Shown: positions 49,558 to 58,471, counted from the stretch's first letter. The stretch: DNA of 64,000 nt from Elusimicrobiota bacterium (GCA_016209035.1 JACQWX010000035.1:45565-109564), one strand, 5' to 3'. The notes: generated from the letters alone by a model not told the origin. Program-made: numbers and translations.

Positions 49558-51269
49558 CTCGCCCTCGGCGGCGCGTCGAGCCTGAGCGCCGCGTGCAGGA
49601 GCTTGGCCTCGACCTTCTCGGCGAGGTTCGAGAACCTCCCCACCTGGTCCGGCGGGACCTCGCCGTCGTTCAAGTGCATCACCTTCAGGCACATGTACGC
49701 CGCCAGGCCCGGCATCCGCTCATGGACGGCGGCGAGGTTCCTGACGAACGGATGGTCGGCGTTGAGCAGGGCGTGGCCCCGGGCGCGCCAGAGCGAGAAC
49801 AAGGACGGCGTGTGTCTCTCGTCGGCCCGGGAGAGGCCGCCCGGGCTCGCCTGAGTGACGAAGATCCTGTCCGTGATGCACGAACCGGCGTAGTCGAAGT
49901 TCGCCATGTCGATGCCGAGGTACTTGGCGCCGGTGCCGGCGTCCATGCCGGAGAGGGTCTTCAGGAAGGCGCGCATCCCGGCGTCGAGCTTGGGCCCGGG
50001 CAGGACCGACGGCATGATGTAGGTCGTCGACGCGTCCCGGACCGTGATGCCCCGCTCGAGCCATTGGCCGCCGAGCTCCGCGGCCCAGGGGCCTTCGACC
50101 AGGACAGGGAAGCCCTTGGCCGCCAGCGCCAAGGCCACCTTGTCGGCCGTCTTGGCCAGGTAGAGCGCGTGGCCGGACTCGTGGAGGGCGCTGCCGATCC
50201 CGCTCAGGGAGACGGCCTTGCCAGTGACCGACGGGAAGATGGGCCAGTCCGAGCGCTTCCACCTCGCGAACATCCCGCCGAGGAGCCACTTGAGGTACCG
50301 GAGCCGCGACATCCAGCGCTCCGACAAGCGCGGCTCGGGCTTGAGCCCTGAGGCGGCCCTGGAGGCGATCTCTTGCGCGGCCTCGCCGAGCTCGGCCTTG
50401 AGCTTGGCCGGGAGCTCGTCCTCGGCCAGGCGCTTGACGATGGCCATGGCCTTGCGGAAGTTGTCGTCCTCGAGGACGTTGTCCCGGGTGATGGTGTGCT
50501 CGAGGTAGCGCGACTTGATCTTGACCGCGACCCCGGGGAAGTGCTCCTTGCGGCCCTCCTTGAGGGTGAGGCCCTTGTTGTAGAACCCGAAGAAGGGCGC
50601 GGGCTCACCTGTGAAGCCCAGCACGATCTCGGTGCCCTCCTCGGAGTGGCGCAGGCTCTCGCCCTCCGGCAGGGTGAAGGGCTCGTTGATGAGCTGGGGC
50701 CGGCCGCCGGCCCTTCGGTCGTGGAAATAGATGCGGGTGTCCGAGTGCTTGCACCAGAAGCGCACGGTCTTCAAGGAGTCCTCGGCGAGCTTGGGGTACT
50801 CCCCGGCGCCCATCTTCTTGAAGAGCTCGACGAGGGTCCCCTCGCGCATCGCGCTCACGCGGAACTTCTCGTAGCGCTTGTAGCTCGGGAAATCCAGCCT
50901 CCACGACTCCCCGGCCTTGGCCGTGTGCACCCGGACCAGGTCGGGCCGCAGGCTGAAGACGGAGACGATGCCCACGCCGAACTTGCCGATCTTGGTGAGG
51001 TCGTCCTCCTTGGTCGAGCGGAACAGCACCAGGAAGTACTCGTCGATGATGCGCTCGTCCATGCCCTCGCCGTCGTCCTCCACCGCCATGCGGGCGGCGC
51101 CGGTCTTGCCGTCGTATTCCAGGGTCACGTCGATGCGGTTGGAGCCGGCGTCGATGGAGTTCTGGATGAGCTCCCGGTAGAAGGCCAGGGGGTCGGAGAA
51201 CTGGTCGACTAAGTCCTTGACCAGGCCCGGGACCGACGCGGTGGCCGCGCCCTTGGCTTTACCCGCCAT
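49554..51269 (-). CDS. HSP90/HtpG-like GHKL ATPase
   Basis: RELIQNSIDAG (N box), VEDDGEGM (G1), STK..IGKFGVG (G2) and GTLVEL (G3); C-terminal LLNADHPFVRNL; GGAGG SD. Confidence 0.85.
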   Translation of the reverse strand: MAGKAKGAATASVPGLVKDLVDQFSDPLAFYRELIQNSIDAGSNRIDVTLEYDGKTGAARMAVEDDGEGMDERIIDEYFLVLFRSTKEDDLTKIGKFGVGIVSVFSLRPDLVRVHTAKAGESWRLDFPSYKRYEKFRVSAMREGTLVELFKKMGAGEYPKLAEDSLKTVRFWCKHSDTRIYFHDRRAGGRPQLINEPFTLPEGESLRHSEEGTEIVLGFTGEPAPFFGFYNKGLTLKEGRKEHFPGVAVKIKSRYLEHTITRDNVLEDDNFRKAMAIVKRLAEDELPAKLKAELGEAAQEIASRAASGLKPEPRLSERWMSRLRYLKWLLGGMFARWKRSDWPIFPSVTGKAVSLSGIGSALHESGHALYLAKTADKVALALAAKGFPVLVEGPWAAELGGQWLERGITVRDASTTYIMPSVLPGPKLDAGMRAFLKTLSGMDAGTGAKYLGIDMANFDYAGSCITDRIFVTQASPGGLSRADERHTPSLFSLWRARGHALLNADHPFVRNLAAVHERMPGLAAYMCLKVMHLNDGEVPPDQVGRFSNLAEKVEAKLLHAALRLDAPPRAR

Positions 51270-51337
51270 GGCGGCCTCCCGGACGGCTCCGCACGGCCCG
51301 CACGCCACGCTCCGTTCTCATGATCCCTCGCGTTTCA

Positions 51338-51613
51338 CTAATATATCAGATTGCGGCCCGCCGGCACCGGCCCCGCTCCCGCGGGCCAGGAATTCCGCCT
51401 TCGCTGCCGTATCGGTCGATCCATCCGACCGTCTCCGGCAGGATCTTGGCGCCCCGGGTGCCGCTGACGTGCTTGAGGACCCGCCGCCGCGCAGCACAGG
51501 AGCGGCAGGACGAACATGTCCGGGTCGGGGAGCTGGAAGTCCCTGAGCTTGTCCAGGGCCAGGGACCGGTCGACCTTGAAGCCCCCGGTCCCGACGAGGG
51601 CGTCAGGAGGCAC
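51338..51613 (-). pseudogene. Internally deleted paralogue of the 45577-49557 gene
   Basis: GGFKVDRSLALDKLRDFQLPDPDMFVLPLL matches the giant protein's N-terminus. After a frame switch, RRVLKHVSGTRGAKILPETVGW matches its near-C-terminal RRVLKQVKGLRGMMVLPGAVEW. Confidence 0.8.
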
Positions 51614-53183
51614 GGCCTTCTGTCAGGCCCTGCGCCGCGGCCCGCTGGGCGCTCAAGTGGAATCGGATCTCCTGGACCCGGCCCTGGAAGCGCTCCTCCT
51701 CGGCCTTGGCCTGGGCCTCGCGCTCGAAGCGGACGTGCTCGGTGATGAGTTCCTGGATGCGGCTCGCCGTCACGGTCCTGGAGAGCTCGGCGATCATCTT
51801 GGCCTTGGCCGCGAAGTCCAGGCTGAAGTACTCGGGAGGCTCGGTGAAATCCTCGATCTCGGTGAGGACGCGGCCCGCGAGGTTGTCCACGGAGCGGCCG
51901 GAGAGCTTCTCCTTGATGCAGCGCTCTCCCAAAGCGCGCCACTCGTCCTCGGAGCACTTGAGCCACGGCCCTTTGCCGCGGAGCTTCACGACGCGCAGGA
52001 GGCGGACGTAGTCCTCGACGGCCTCGGGCCCCAGGGCCTTGATGGGCGTCTGGGAGAGGCGGCTTAAGGTCGCCGAATCCATGTGCAGGGTGTTGGCGTC
52101 GCAGACCATGAACCACTTGCCGTTCTTCGGGCCGATGGTGCCGTCGAGGATGCCGAAGATGGCGCCGAGGTTGGCCTTCTCCTCCTGGCGGATGTCGGCG
52201 TCCCCGCGCGCGGCGAAGGCGGTGTCGATGTCGGGCCAGTAGACCCCGCAGACCCCCTCGAACCTGAAGACCTCCTCCTGGAAGATCTCGAGCAGGCGGC
52301 TCGCGGACTGGTTCTGATACGAGGAGGCCCAGTCCGTGCGCCGGATGACGCGCATCCGAGCCGGGACGGACGCCTTCCTGCAGAGGTCCAGGAAGTGGTT
52401 GCCGATGGCGTGAGCGGTCACGGTCTTGCCGCAGCCGGGAGCGCCCAGCACGAAGAGGATCTGGTTGCGCACGCCTTTGGGGTTCTTGCCCTCCTTCAGG
52501 TCGAAGCCCGCGATATCGCGGGCCAGCCTGGAGCCGGCCTTGATGAACTCGGCGTTGCCCACCACGTCCTCGAAGGTGACGGGGTTGAGGGCGCTTGGCT
52601 CCTCCATCTTGACCCTGTTGACCCTGAGGCCTGAGAACTGGAGCCTCGGGGTCTCGACCGACAAGTCCGCGGGCGGCGGGAACATCCGGACCAGGAGCCT
52701 GGCCACGAGCCTGAAGTAGGAGCCGAGGCACCGCAGGGACTCCGCGTCGCGCTTCAAGCGCTTCGAGCCGTCCGGGTGGCGCTGGTAGAAGCGCAGGAAG
52801 CTCGCCGCGTCCTTTAGCAGGATGTCGAGGGTCTCCCTGCCGCCGGCTTTCGCCAGGTCCTGGTAGTCGCGCAGGGCCAGGCCCGCGGCATCGGGCGGCT
52901 CCTCGGCCGCTCCAAGCCCCGCCAGGCGGTCCGCCGCGTCCTCGATGAAGAGGCGGCCGAAGACCGGGCCCGGGAGCCCCTGGGCCTGGGGATTGCGCAA
53001 GCCGGCCGAGGCCGAGGCCAAGGCCTGCGCCAGAGCGTCCAGGATGGAGAGGTTCAAGGCCGTGGTGCCGAAATCGCCAAGGTCTGCCTCGCAGAGGATG
53101 CGGCCTAGGCCCGCCGCGACCACGGCCCGCCTCGCGTCCGCCAGTTCCGCGTCGATGTCTCGCCGCTCGATCTTTAGCTTCAT
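51603..53183 (-). CDS. AAA+ ATPase (classical-clade-like) with variant Walker B
   Basis: VTFEDVVGN, Walker A GAPGCGKT, pore loop ASSYQNQS, Walker B position VYWPDID, and ILDG / DAN..MDSATLSRL second-region-of-homology motifs. Confidence 0.82.
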   Translation of the reverse strand: MKLKIERRDIDAELADARRAVVAAGLGRILCEADLGDFGTTALNLSILDALAQALASASAGLRNPQAQGLPGPVFGRLFIEDAADRLAGLGAAEEPPDAAGLALRDYQDLAKAGGRETLDILLKDAASFLRFYQRHPDGSKRLKRDAESLRCLGSYFRLVARLLVRMFPPPADLSVETPRLQFSGLRVNRVKMEEPSALNPVTFEDVVGNAEFIKAGSRLARDIAGFDLKEGKNPKGVRNQILFVLGAPGCGKTVTAHAIGNHFLDLCRKASVPARMRVIRRTDWASSYQNQSASRLLEIFQEEVFRFEGVCGVYWPDIDTAFAARGDADIRQEEKANLGAIFGILDGTIGPKNGKWFMVCDANTLHMDSATLSRLSQTPIKALGPEAVEDYVRLLRVVKLRGKGPWLKCSEDEWRALGERCIKEKLSGRSVDNLAGRVLTEIEDFTEPPEYFSLDFAAKAKMIAELSRTVTASRIQELITEHVRFEREAQAKAEEERFQGRVQEIRFHLSAQRAAAQGLTEGRAS

Positions 53184-54142
53184 AGTGTGTAGATCAGGTT
53201 CCTCGTGCCCGCCTCCTCGAGTCTCTTGCGGAGCTCCGCGGCCGCGGAAGCCTCGCACACGAACTTCCTGTCCTTGTGCACGCGGTAGCCGAGCCTCCGC
53301 GCCTCCTCCTCCACGATGGACCGGGACCCCTCGGACAGGAAGCGCCGGTAGATGCCGCCGAACGGGTCGTCGTCGCGGTCCTCCTGGAGATGGATCGAGG
53401 CCCGGTCCGTGGGCAGGTGGAGGACGTAGCGGCCTTCGGCCCAGCCCTTGGGCGCGGGCGCGGCCGGGCTCCACAGGGGGCCGATGCGGGCCCTCGTCAC
53501 CTCCTCCACGCGCACGCCCGGGAGCTTCCCCATGAGGAGGAACGCGATCTCGGAGTCGTCGCCCGTGTACATCTCGAGCTTCTCGCGCAGGTCCGAGGTC
53601 TGCCGGCTGTAGTCGCCCGCGCGCTCGATGATGCGGCCTCGCTCCCACTCCGACTGCTCGAGCATGAGCGTGTGGCGCACGAAGATCTGCTCCGCCGGGT
53701 CGAACCGGTCGAACACCACCTCGAAGAAGGCCGAACGCCGGCCCGGGTCCTGGCGCCGCAGGGCGACCTCGACCCTGGTCAGGGGCTTCAAGGGCACCCC
53801 ACAGAGGCGGCGGTAGTACTCGACCTTGGCCTCGATCGCGGGCTCGGGCCTGCGCCCGCACCGGCGGCGAGCCTCGATCTCCACGATGAAGCCCGGCGCG
53901 GTCTGCCGGTCGGCCCAGACGTCCACCAGATGCTTCATCCCGGGCAGGCCGCTGCATCGGTCCACCTTGATGCCCCGGTGCGTTCCGTTGTGGAAGGAGG
54001 GGGCGAGCGCCCTGAGAAAGTCGCTGCACTGGTAGGGGTCCGGGAAGGTCTTGCCCAGCCTGCCGGCCAGGACCATCCGGGAAGCGGTGGCCGCGAGGTC
54101 CTCGAGCTCCTGGTCGGAGACGGCCTTGAGACGCGAAATCAG
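53180..54142 (-). CDS. Hypothetical protein (probable CTG start at 54142; first ATG at 54076)
   Basis: Good codon usage. The frame is open and coding-like upstream of the ATG (LISRLKAVSDQELEDLAATASR), back to a CTG overlapping the upstream stop. Its own stop overlaps the AAA start. Confidence 0.7.
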   Translation of the reverse strand: MISRLKAVSDQELEDLAATASRMVLAGRLGKTFPDPYQCSDFLRALAPSFHNGTHRGIKVDRCSGLPGMKHLVDVWADRQTAPGFIVEIEARRRCGRRPEPAIEAKVEYYRRLCGVPLKPLTRVEVALRRQDPGRRSAFFEVVFDRFDPAEQIFVRHTLMLEQSEWERGRIIERAGDYSRQTSDLREKLEMYTGDDSEIAFLLMGKLPGVRVEEVTRARIGPLWSPAAPAPKGWAEGRYVLHLPTDRASIHLQEDRDDDPFGGIYRRFLSEGSRSIVEEEARRLGYRVHKDRKFVCEASAAAELRKRLEEAGTRNLIYTL

Positions 54143-55191
54143 CTCTTCCCCCCCCGCTCCTTCCTCGCGAGCTCGATGGTCTCGTTGATCCGGGACTCCT
54201 TGATCTCCCGCTCCGCCTTGAGGTTGCTCTCGACCAAGGCCTCGGTCTCGGCGTCGTAGATCTTCATCTCCGCGGTCATGCGGTCCACGTTCTTCGCGAG
54301 GAACAGCGAGGTGTCGGAGGCCAGGGTCGCGAGCTTGTTGACCGACTTCTTGAGCGACTCCATGGAGCGGTGCATCTCCACCGAGAGCTCGCCCGCCTTG
54401 GAGATGGAGGCCAGGCCCGCGAGGTTGCCGTGGAGCTCGTTCAAGACCTCGTTGCCGGACTCGTAGAGGCTCGTCATGTTGCCGTGCAGGTTGGTCATGA
54501 TCTCCAGGAAGTTGTTGTTCATCTTCACGATGGCGGAGAGCCGGTCCTCGGCGTTCGAGTAGAGCCTGAGCTTGGCCCCGTGCTCCCAGATGGCCCTCTT
54601 GAGCTCGTCGATCCTGGCCGCGAGCTCGCGCGCCTCGGAGCTCTTCGGGTCCATGGACGCCATGCCGGCCTCGACCTTCTTGCGCAGGTCCTCGAGCTCC
54701 AGCACGTAGCTCGCCGCCTTCTCCTCGTTATGGGCCGCCGCCAGCATCTTCTTGTTGAGGCGGGTGATGTCGTTCTGCAGGTTCTTGATGTCGGACTGCA
54801 AGGCGTCGAGGTAGTTGCCGACCTCCTTGACCCTGGTCTGGGCGATCTCGATCTTCTCGCCGAGGAGCTCCTTGAGGTCCCGGCTGGGCGCGAAGCCTCC
54901 CAGGAGCGGGAGCTTGGCCAGAAGCCCCTTCACGTTCGCGCCGATCTGCCGGAAGGCGAAGATGGCCGAGAGGTACTCCATCACGGTCTTCTGCCCCGCG
55001 ATGTCCGCGGACATCTCCTTCGAGAGCCTGGAATAGGCGTCGGAGAGCTCGCCGAACTTCTGTAGGTCGGTCGTGTTCTTGGCCTGGTAGTCGCCCAGCA
55101 TCTTCTCCAGGCCCTCGCGGGTGTAGCCTTCCCCGTCGTAGACCACCTGCTTGCTGAGCGTGTCGGTGACTGCTTTCTGATCGATCGCCAT
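54139..55191 (-). CDS. All-helical coiled-coil protein, TelA/KlaA (toxic anion resistance)-like
   Basis: 350 aa with heptad patterns, an amphipathic GLLAKLPLLGGF segment and C-terminal IYDAET reminiscent of TelA; GGAGG SD. The family call is an inference. Confidence 0.6.
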   Translation of the reverse strand: MAIDQKAVTDTLSKQVVYDGEGYTREGLEKMLGDYQAKNTTDLQKFGELSDAYSRLSKEMSADIAGQKTVMEYLSAIFAFRQIGANVKGLLAKLPLLGGFAPSRDLKELLGEKIEIAQTRVKEVGNYLDALQSDIKNLQNDITRLNKKMLAAAHNEEKAASYVLELEDLRKKVEAGMASMDPKSSEARELAARIDELKRAIWEHGAKLRLYSNAEDRLSAIVKMNNNFLEIMTNLHGNMTSLYESGNEVLNELHGNLAGLASISKAGELSVEMHRSMESLKKSVNKLATLASDTSLFLAKNVDRMTAEMKIYDAETEALVESNLKAEREIKESRINETIELARKERGGKS

Positions 55192-55201
55192 GGGAGCCTC
55201 C

Positions 55202-55252
55202 AGGTGCCAGGCTTGAACCGCGGCATGGGACCGGGAACCAAGCCTGGCGCCT
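55202..55252. repeat. 51-bp REPIN-like element, second copy
   Basis: AGGTGCCAGGCTT at 55202-55214, 25-nt spacer, AAGCCTGGCGCCT at 55240-55252. Confidence 0.7.
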
Positions 55253-55310
55253 AGTGTATCAAATTCCTCCCCGCCCTGGACGGCGACCAGTTATGATATG
55301 ATTCTTCGGC

Positions 55311-56492
55311 ATGAACCGGCCGCACGACAAGACGTCCCATTCCTATTACTCACGGGAAGGGACTGTCCCGCAAGGCGGGACGCCCCTGCGGGTCTTCCTG
55401 CCCGCGCCCGAGGCCGCCCTCAGGGTCGCCGGAGTCCCGACCATCGTGCGCACGGCGCACGCGCTCAAGTACCTCGCGCCAGAGACGGTCCTCCTCTGGG
55501 GAGGCGGGGCCAAGCAGTTTGGGCCCTGGAAGGACAAGCTCAACGGCGTCAGGTTCCAGACCGCCCCGGACGGCATCCCGCCCGCCGGCTTCGTCGATGG
55601 CAAGGCCGCCCTGATGGTCGTGTCCCCTGAGGGCTACGCCGAGCCCGGCGGCTTGGCCGAGTTCCACGAGACCGCCCACGAAAGGGCCAAGCCCCTGCGC
55701 TGGGTCCACCGCGGACGGACCGTTGCGGCCTACTACCCTCCGGGCTCGGACTGGGCCCGCGCCCAGCCGGACAAGCTGCTCGACCCTCCCGAAGCCGAAA
55801 CGTTCGAGGCCCCTGAGAACTCCTGGTGGCCGGCCGCCACCCCTGAGGACCTCCATCGGGCCGAGAAGTCCCTCTACGACCGCCTGCCCCAGCCCAACGA
55901 CGGCTACATCGCCCAGCTCGACCGGCGCGTCTCCATCCCCCTTTCCAAGCTCTTCGTCCGGACCCCGGTCACCCCGAACCAGATCACGGCTTCCGCGCTC
56001 GTCCTGGGCCTCATGGGTTCCTGGCTCATCTCCACCGCCGTCTACCCCTTGGCTGTGCTGGGCGCCTTCATCCTATGGCTCTGCGTCATCCTGGACGGCT
56101 GCGACGGCGAGGTGGCCAGGCTCAAGCTCATGATGTCCCCTGAGGGCGGCAGGTTCGACGTCATCGTCGACAACGTCGTCCACGTGGCGCTGTTCCTCGG
56201 CATCGCGGTGGCCATGCATCGCCAGGACCCCGCGGCGAACATCCTGCTCCCCTTGGCGGTCCTGCTGACGGGCTTCGGCGCCTGCGGGTTCACGGTCTGG
56301 TGGCTCGTCTTGCGCCACCCCAAGGACGCCCGCCACGAGGCCCAGGTCCTGGTGGACAAGCTCTCGAGCCGCGACTTCATCTACCTCATCGTGGTCCTGG
56401 CCGTCCTGGGCAAGCTCGGCTGGTTCCTCTGGGCCGCCGCGGTCGGGTCGCACGTCGTCAACCTGGCGTTCTGGTGGGTGTGCCGCCGCTGA
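55311..56492 (+). CDS. CDP-alcohol phosphatidyltransferase with N-terminal soluble domain
   Basis: VTPNQIT and LDGCDGEVAR...SPEGGRFDVIVD signature. Confidence 0.88.
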   Translation: MNRPHDKTSHSYYSREGTVPQGGTPLRVFLPAPEAALRVAGVPTIVRTAHALKYLAPETVLLWGGGAKQFGPWKDKLNGVRFQTAPDGIPPAGFVDGKAALMVVSPEGYAEPGGLAEFHETAHERAKPLRWVHRGRTVAAYYPPGSDWARAQPDKLLDPPEAETFEAPENSWWPAATPEDLHRAEKSLYDRLPQPNDGYIAQLDRRVSIPLSKLFVRTPVTPNQITASALVLGLMGSWLISTAVYPLAVLGAFILWLCVILDGCDGEVARLKLMMSPEGGRFDVIVDNVVHVALFLGIAVAMHRQDPAANILLPLAVLLTGFGACGFTVWWLVLRHPKDARHEAQVLVDKLSSRDFIYLIVVLAVLGKLGWFLWAAAVGSHVVNLAFWWVCRR

Positions 56493-56499
56493 CACCAGT

Positions 56500-57273
56500 C
56501 TATAGGCCCCAGCCGCGCAGCGCGTCCCTCTCTTCCTGCGAGGACCTGACCTTCTTGAACCGAGCCCGAGGCTTGCCCTTCACCGCCGCCTCGCAATCCT
56601 TCCAGGCCGCATGGCGGGCTAGCACGCCGGCCACCAGGCTCAAGTAGACCGGGAAGCCTGGCTCGGGACGCCCCCTCCGGGAAGCGCAGGCCCCGGCATC
56701 GCGGCGCCGCGGCGCCGTCTCCGCCAGGGCCAGCGTCAGGTCATGCCCGTATCCGGAGGCTGGCCCGTCGTAGAGCGGCTCGGGACACCCCTCGGCGAAG
56801 GACAGGGCGATGGCGTCCGCGCGGCAGTTGCCGAGGATGCCGGAGTGCCCCGGCACCTGGACCCAGCGCACTATCCTGGGGCCGCGAATGGCGACCAGGC
56901 TGTCGAGATCCTCCCACAGGTCGCGGTTGAGCACTTCCGAGCCGTCGGGCCGGACCCAGCCCTTGCGCTTCCAGCCCGCGAGCCAGCGGGTCATACCCAG
57001 CACGAGGTAGCTCGAGTCCGCGCGGATCTCGACCGGACCGGGAGGCGCGGCCCTCAGGGCCTCGACCGCGGCCTTGAGCTCCATCCGGTTGTTGGTGGTG
57101 CGGGCTTGGACGCCGCCCGGCCCGGCCGGCGTGCCGCCAAGCTCCCGCACGGAGCCGTCGGGAAGGTCGAGGATGGCGGCCCAGCCTCCGGGGCCGGGGT
57201 TCCCGACGCAGGCGCCGTCCGTGAAGGCGACGCAGGGCTCCGGCCTCCTAGCCGCCGACTGTCTTGATGACAC
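56500..57273 (-). CDS. rnhA: Ribonuclease HI with C-terminal hybrid-binding (Cauli_VI-like) domain
   Basis: FTDGACVGNPGPGGW, TTNNRMEL, ADSSY, NRDLW and VPGHSG.LGN.RAD; C-terminal WKDCEAAVKG..ARFKK. Confidence 0.9.
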   Translation of the reverse strand: MSSRQSAARRPEPCVAFTDGACVGNPGPGGWAAILDLPDGSVRELGGTPAGPGGVQARTTNNRMELKAAVEALRAAPPGPVEIRADSSYLVLGMTRWLAGWKRKGWVRPDGSEVLNRDLWEDLDSLVAIRGPRIVRWVQVPGHSGILGNCRADAIALSFAEGCPEPLYDGPASGYGHDLTLALAETAPRRRDAGACASRRGRPEPGFPVYLSLVAGVLARHAAWKDCEAAVKGKPRARFKKVRSSQEERDALRGWGL

Positions 57274-58471
57274 GGGCGAGCATCTCGCGCAGGTGCAGAG
57301 CCCGGTCCCGCTGGGCGAGCATCAGGCCGACGGAGAGGATGAAGTAGAGGCAGGCGAAGGAGTAGCGCACCTCGGTCTGAGGGAAGAACATCTGCGTCGT
57401 GAACAGGGAGAACAGCATGACGGCCTCCGGGATGGAGAAGGTCAGGTTCATGAGCACCACGATGCCGAAGAGGGACTGGGCCGAGGTGAGCAGGATCTCC
57501 TCCGCCTGACGGGCGTCGAGGTGCATGGCGGCCGGATGGCCCGCGGAGAGGCTATAGGCGGCGGGCAGCATGCCCACGAGCAGGGTCCATTGGTTGACCT
57601 TGGACGAGACCAAGGTCCGCAGCCCCACCTCCGCCTTGCCTTTGAGCGCGAAGAGCAGGGCCACGATGAACTCCGGGGCCTCCGACGCCAGAGGCGCCAG
57701 CCACTGCACGAGGATGAACTCCTCGATGCCCCAGTGGCGGCCCAGCTCCAGGATGCCCTCAGCGAAGGGCTCCGCCGAGATGAAGATGGCGAAGGCCGAG
57801 AACAGGAACAGCGCCGCCACGGCCAGGCGCCGCCAGAGAGCGGGCAGCCCGGCAATGATGAGCGCCGGCCCCACGATCTCAGGCTCCTCCACCTCCGCCC
57901 TCGAGCACATGTAGGCGTAGACCCCGAAGAGGGAGAGCAGGAAGACGCAATCCATGAGGGAGAGCGTGGACTTGAGCGGCAGGATGATCGAATACAGGGT
58001 CGCGACCAGCAGGGTTATGATCTCCGGGGAGTTGCGTTCGCTGAGCCGGACGGTCTTCTGCCGCCGCTTGAACCAGCAGGCGAAGAGCACGGCAGGCCAG
58101 CCCACGCCGATGAGCAGGCGGTTGGCGCCGGTCATGTTCGCCGCCGCGTAGGCGGTGTAGACCGGGTCCTTCGCCGCCTTCCAGGCGAAGTACATGTCGA
58201 CCGCGTACTCGGGCAGTACCGCGATGAGGGCCAGGATGCCGATGGCCACGCTCTGGGGGATGTCCTTCTCGGCAGCCTCAGCGGCCCAGGTCAGCAGGAA
58301 CGCGGCGCCGAAGATGCACAGGCCGGGCAGCAGCGCGGTGAAGGGCTGACCCGGATGGCCTCCGAAGGCCCAGACCCCGACCCATTGCAGGCACAAGAGA
58401 ACCGCCGCGGCCACCAGCAGCCACGGGCCTCCGGACGCCCGGGCCGCCCTTCCAGCCTCCACGTTCGACAT
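57248..58471 (-). CDS. CaCA family cation:proton/Na+:Ca2+ antiporter
   Basis: AVLPEYAVD..ANMTGAN and LASEAPEF..SSKVNQWTLL alpha repeats. Confidence 0.88.
   Translation of the reverse strand: MSNVEAGRAARASGGPWLLVAAAVLLCLQWVGVWAFGGHPGQPFTALLPGLCIFGAAFLLTWAAEAAEKDIPQSVAIGILALIAVLPEYAVDMYFAWKAAKDPVYTAYAAANMTGANRLLIGVGWPAVLFACWFKRRQKTVRLSERNSPEIITLLVATLYSIILPLKSTLSLMDCVFLLSLFGVYAYMCSRAEVEEPEIVGPALIIAGLPALWRRLAVAALFLFSAFAIFISAEPFAEGILELGRHWGIEEFILVQWLAPLASEAPEFIVALLFALKGKAEVGLRTLVSSKVNQWTLLVGMLPAAYSLSAGHPAAMHLDARQAEEILLTSAQSLFGIVVLMNLTFSIPEAVMLFSLFTTQMFFPQTEVRYSFACLYFILSVGLMLAQRDRALHLREMLARVIKTVGG

Noticed and set aside
49554-51269. Canonical htpG or MutL/gyrase B
   Set aside because: It has GHKL boxes but lacks the HtpG-specific N-terminal and middle-domain signatures and the MutL GFRGEAL motif; called HSP90-like only.
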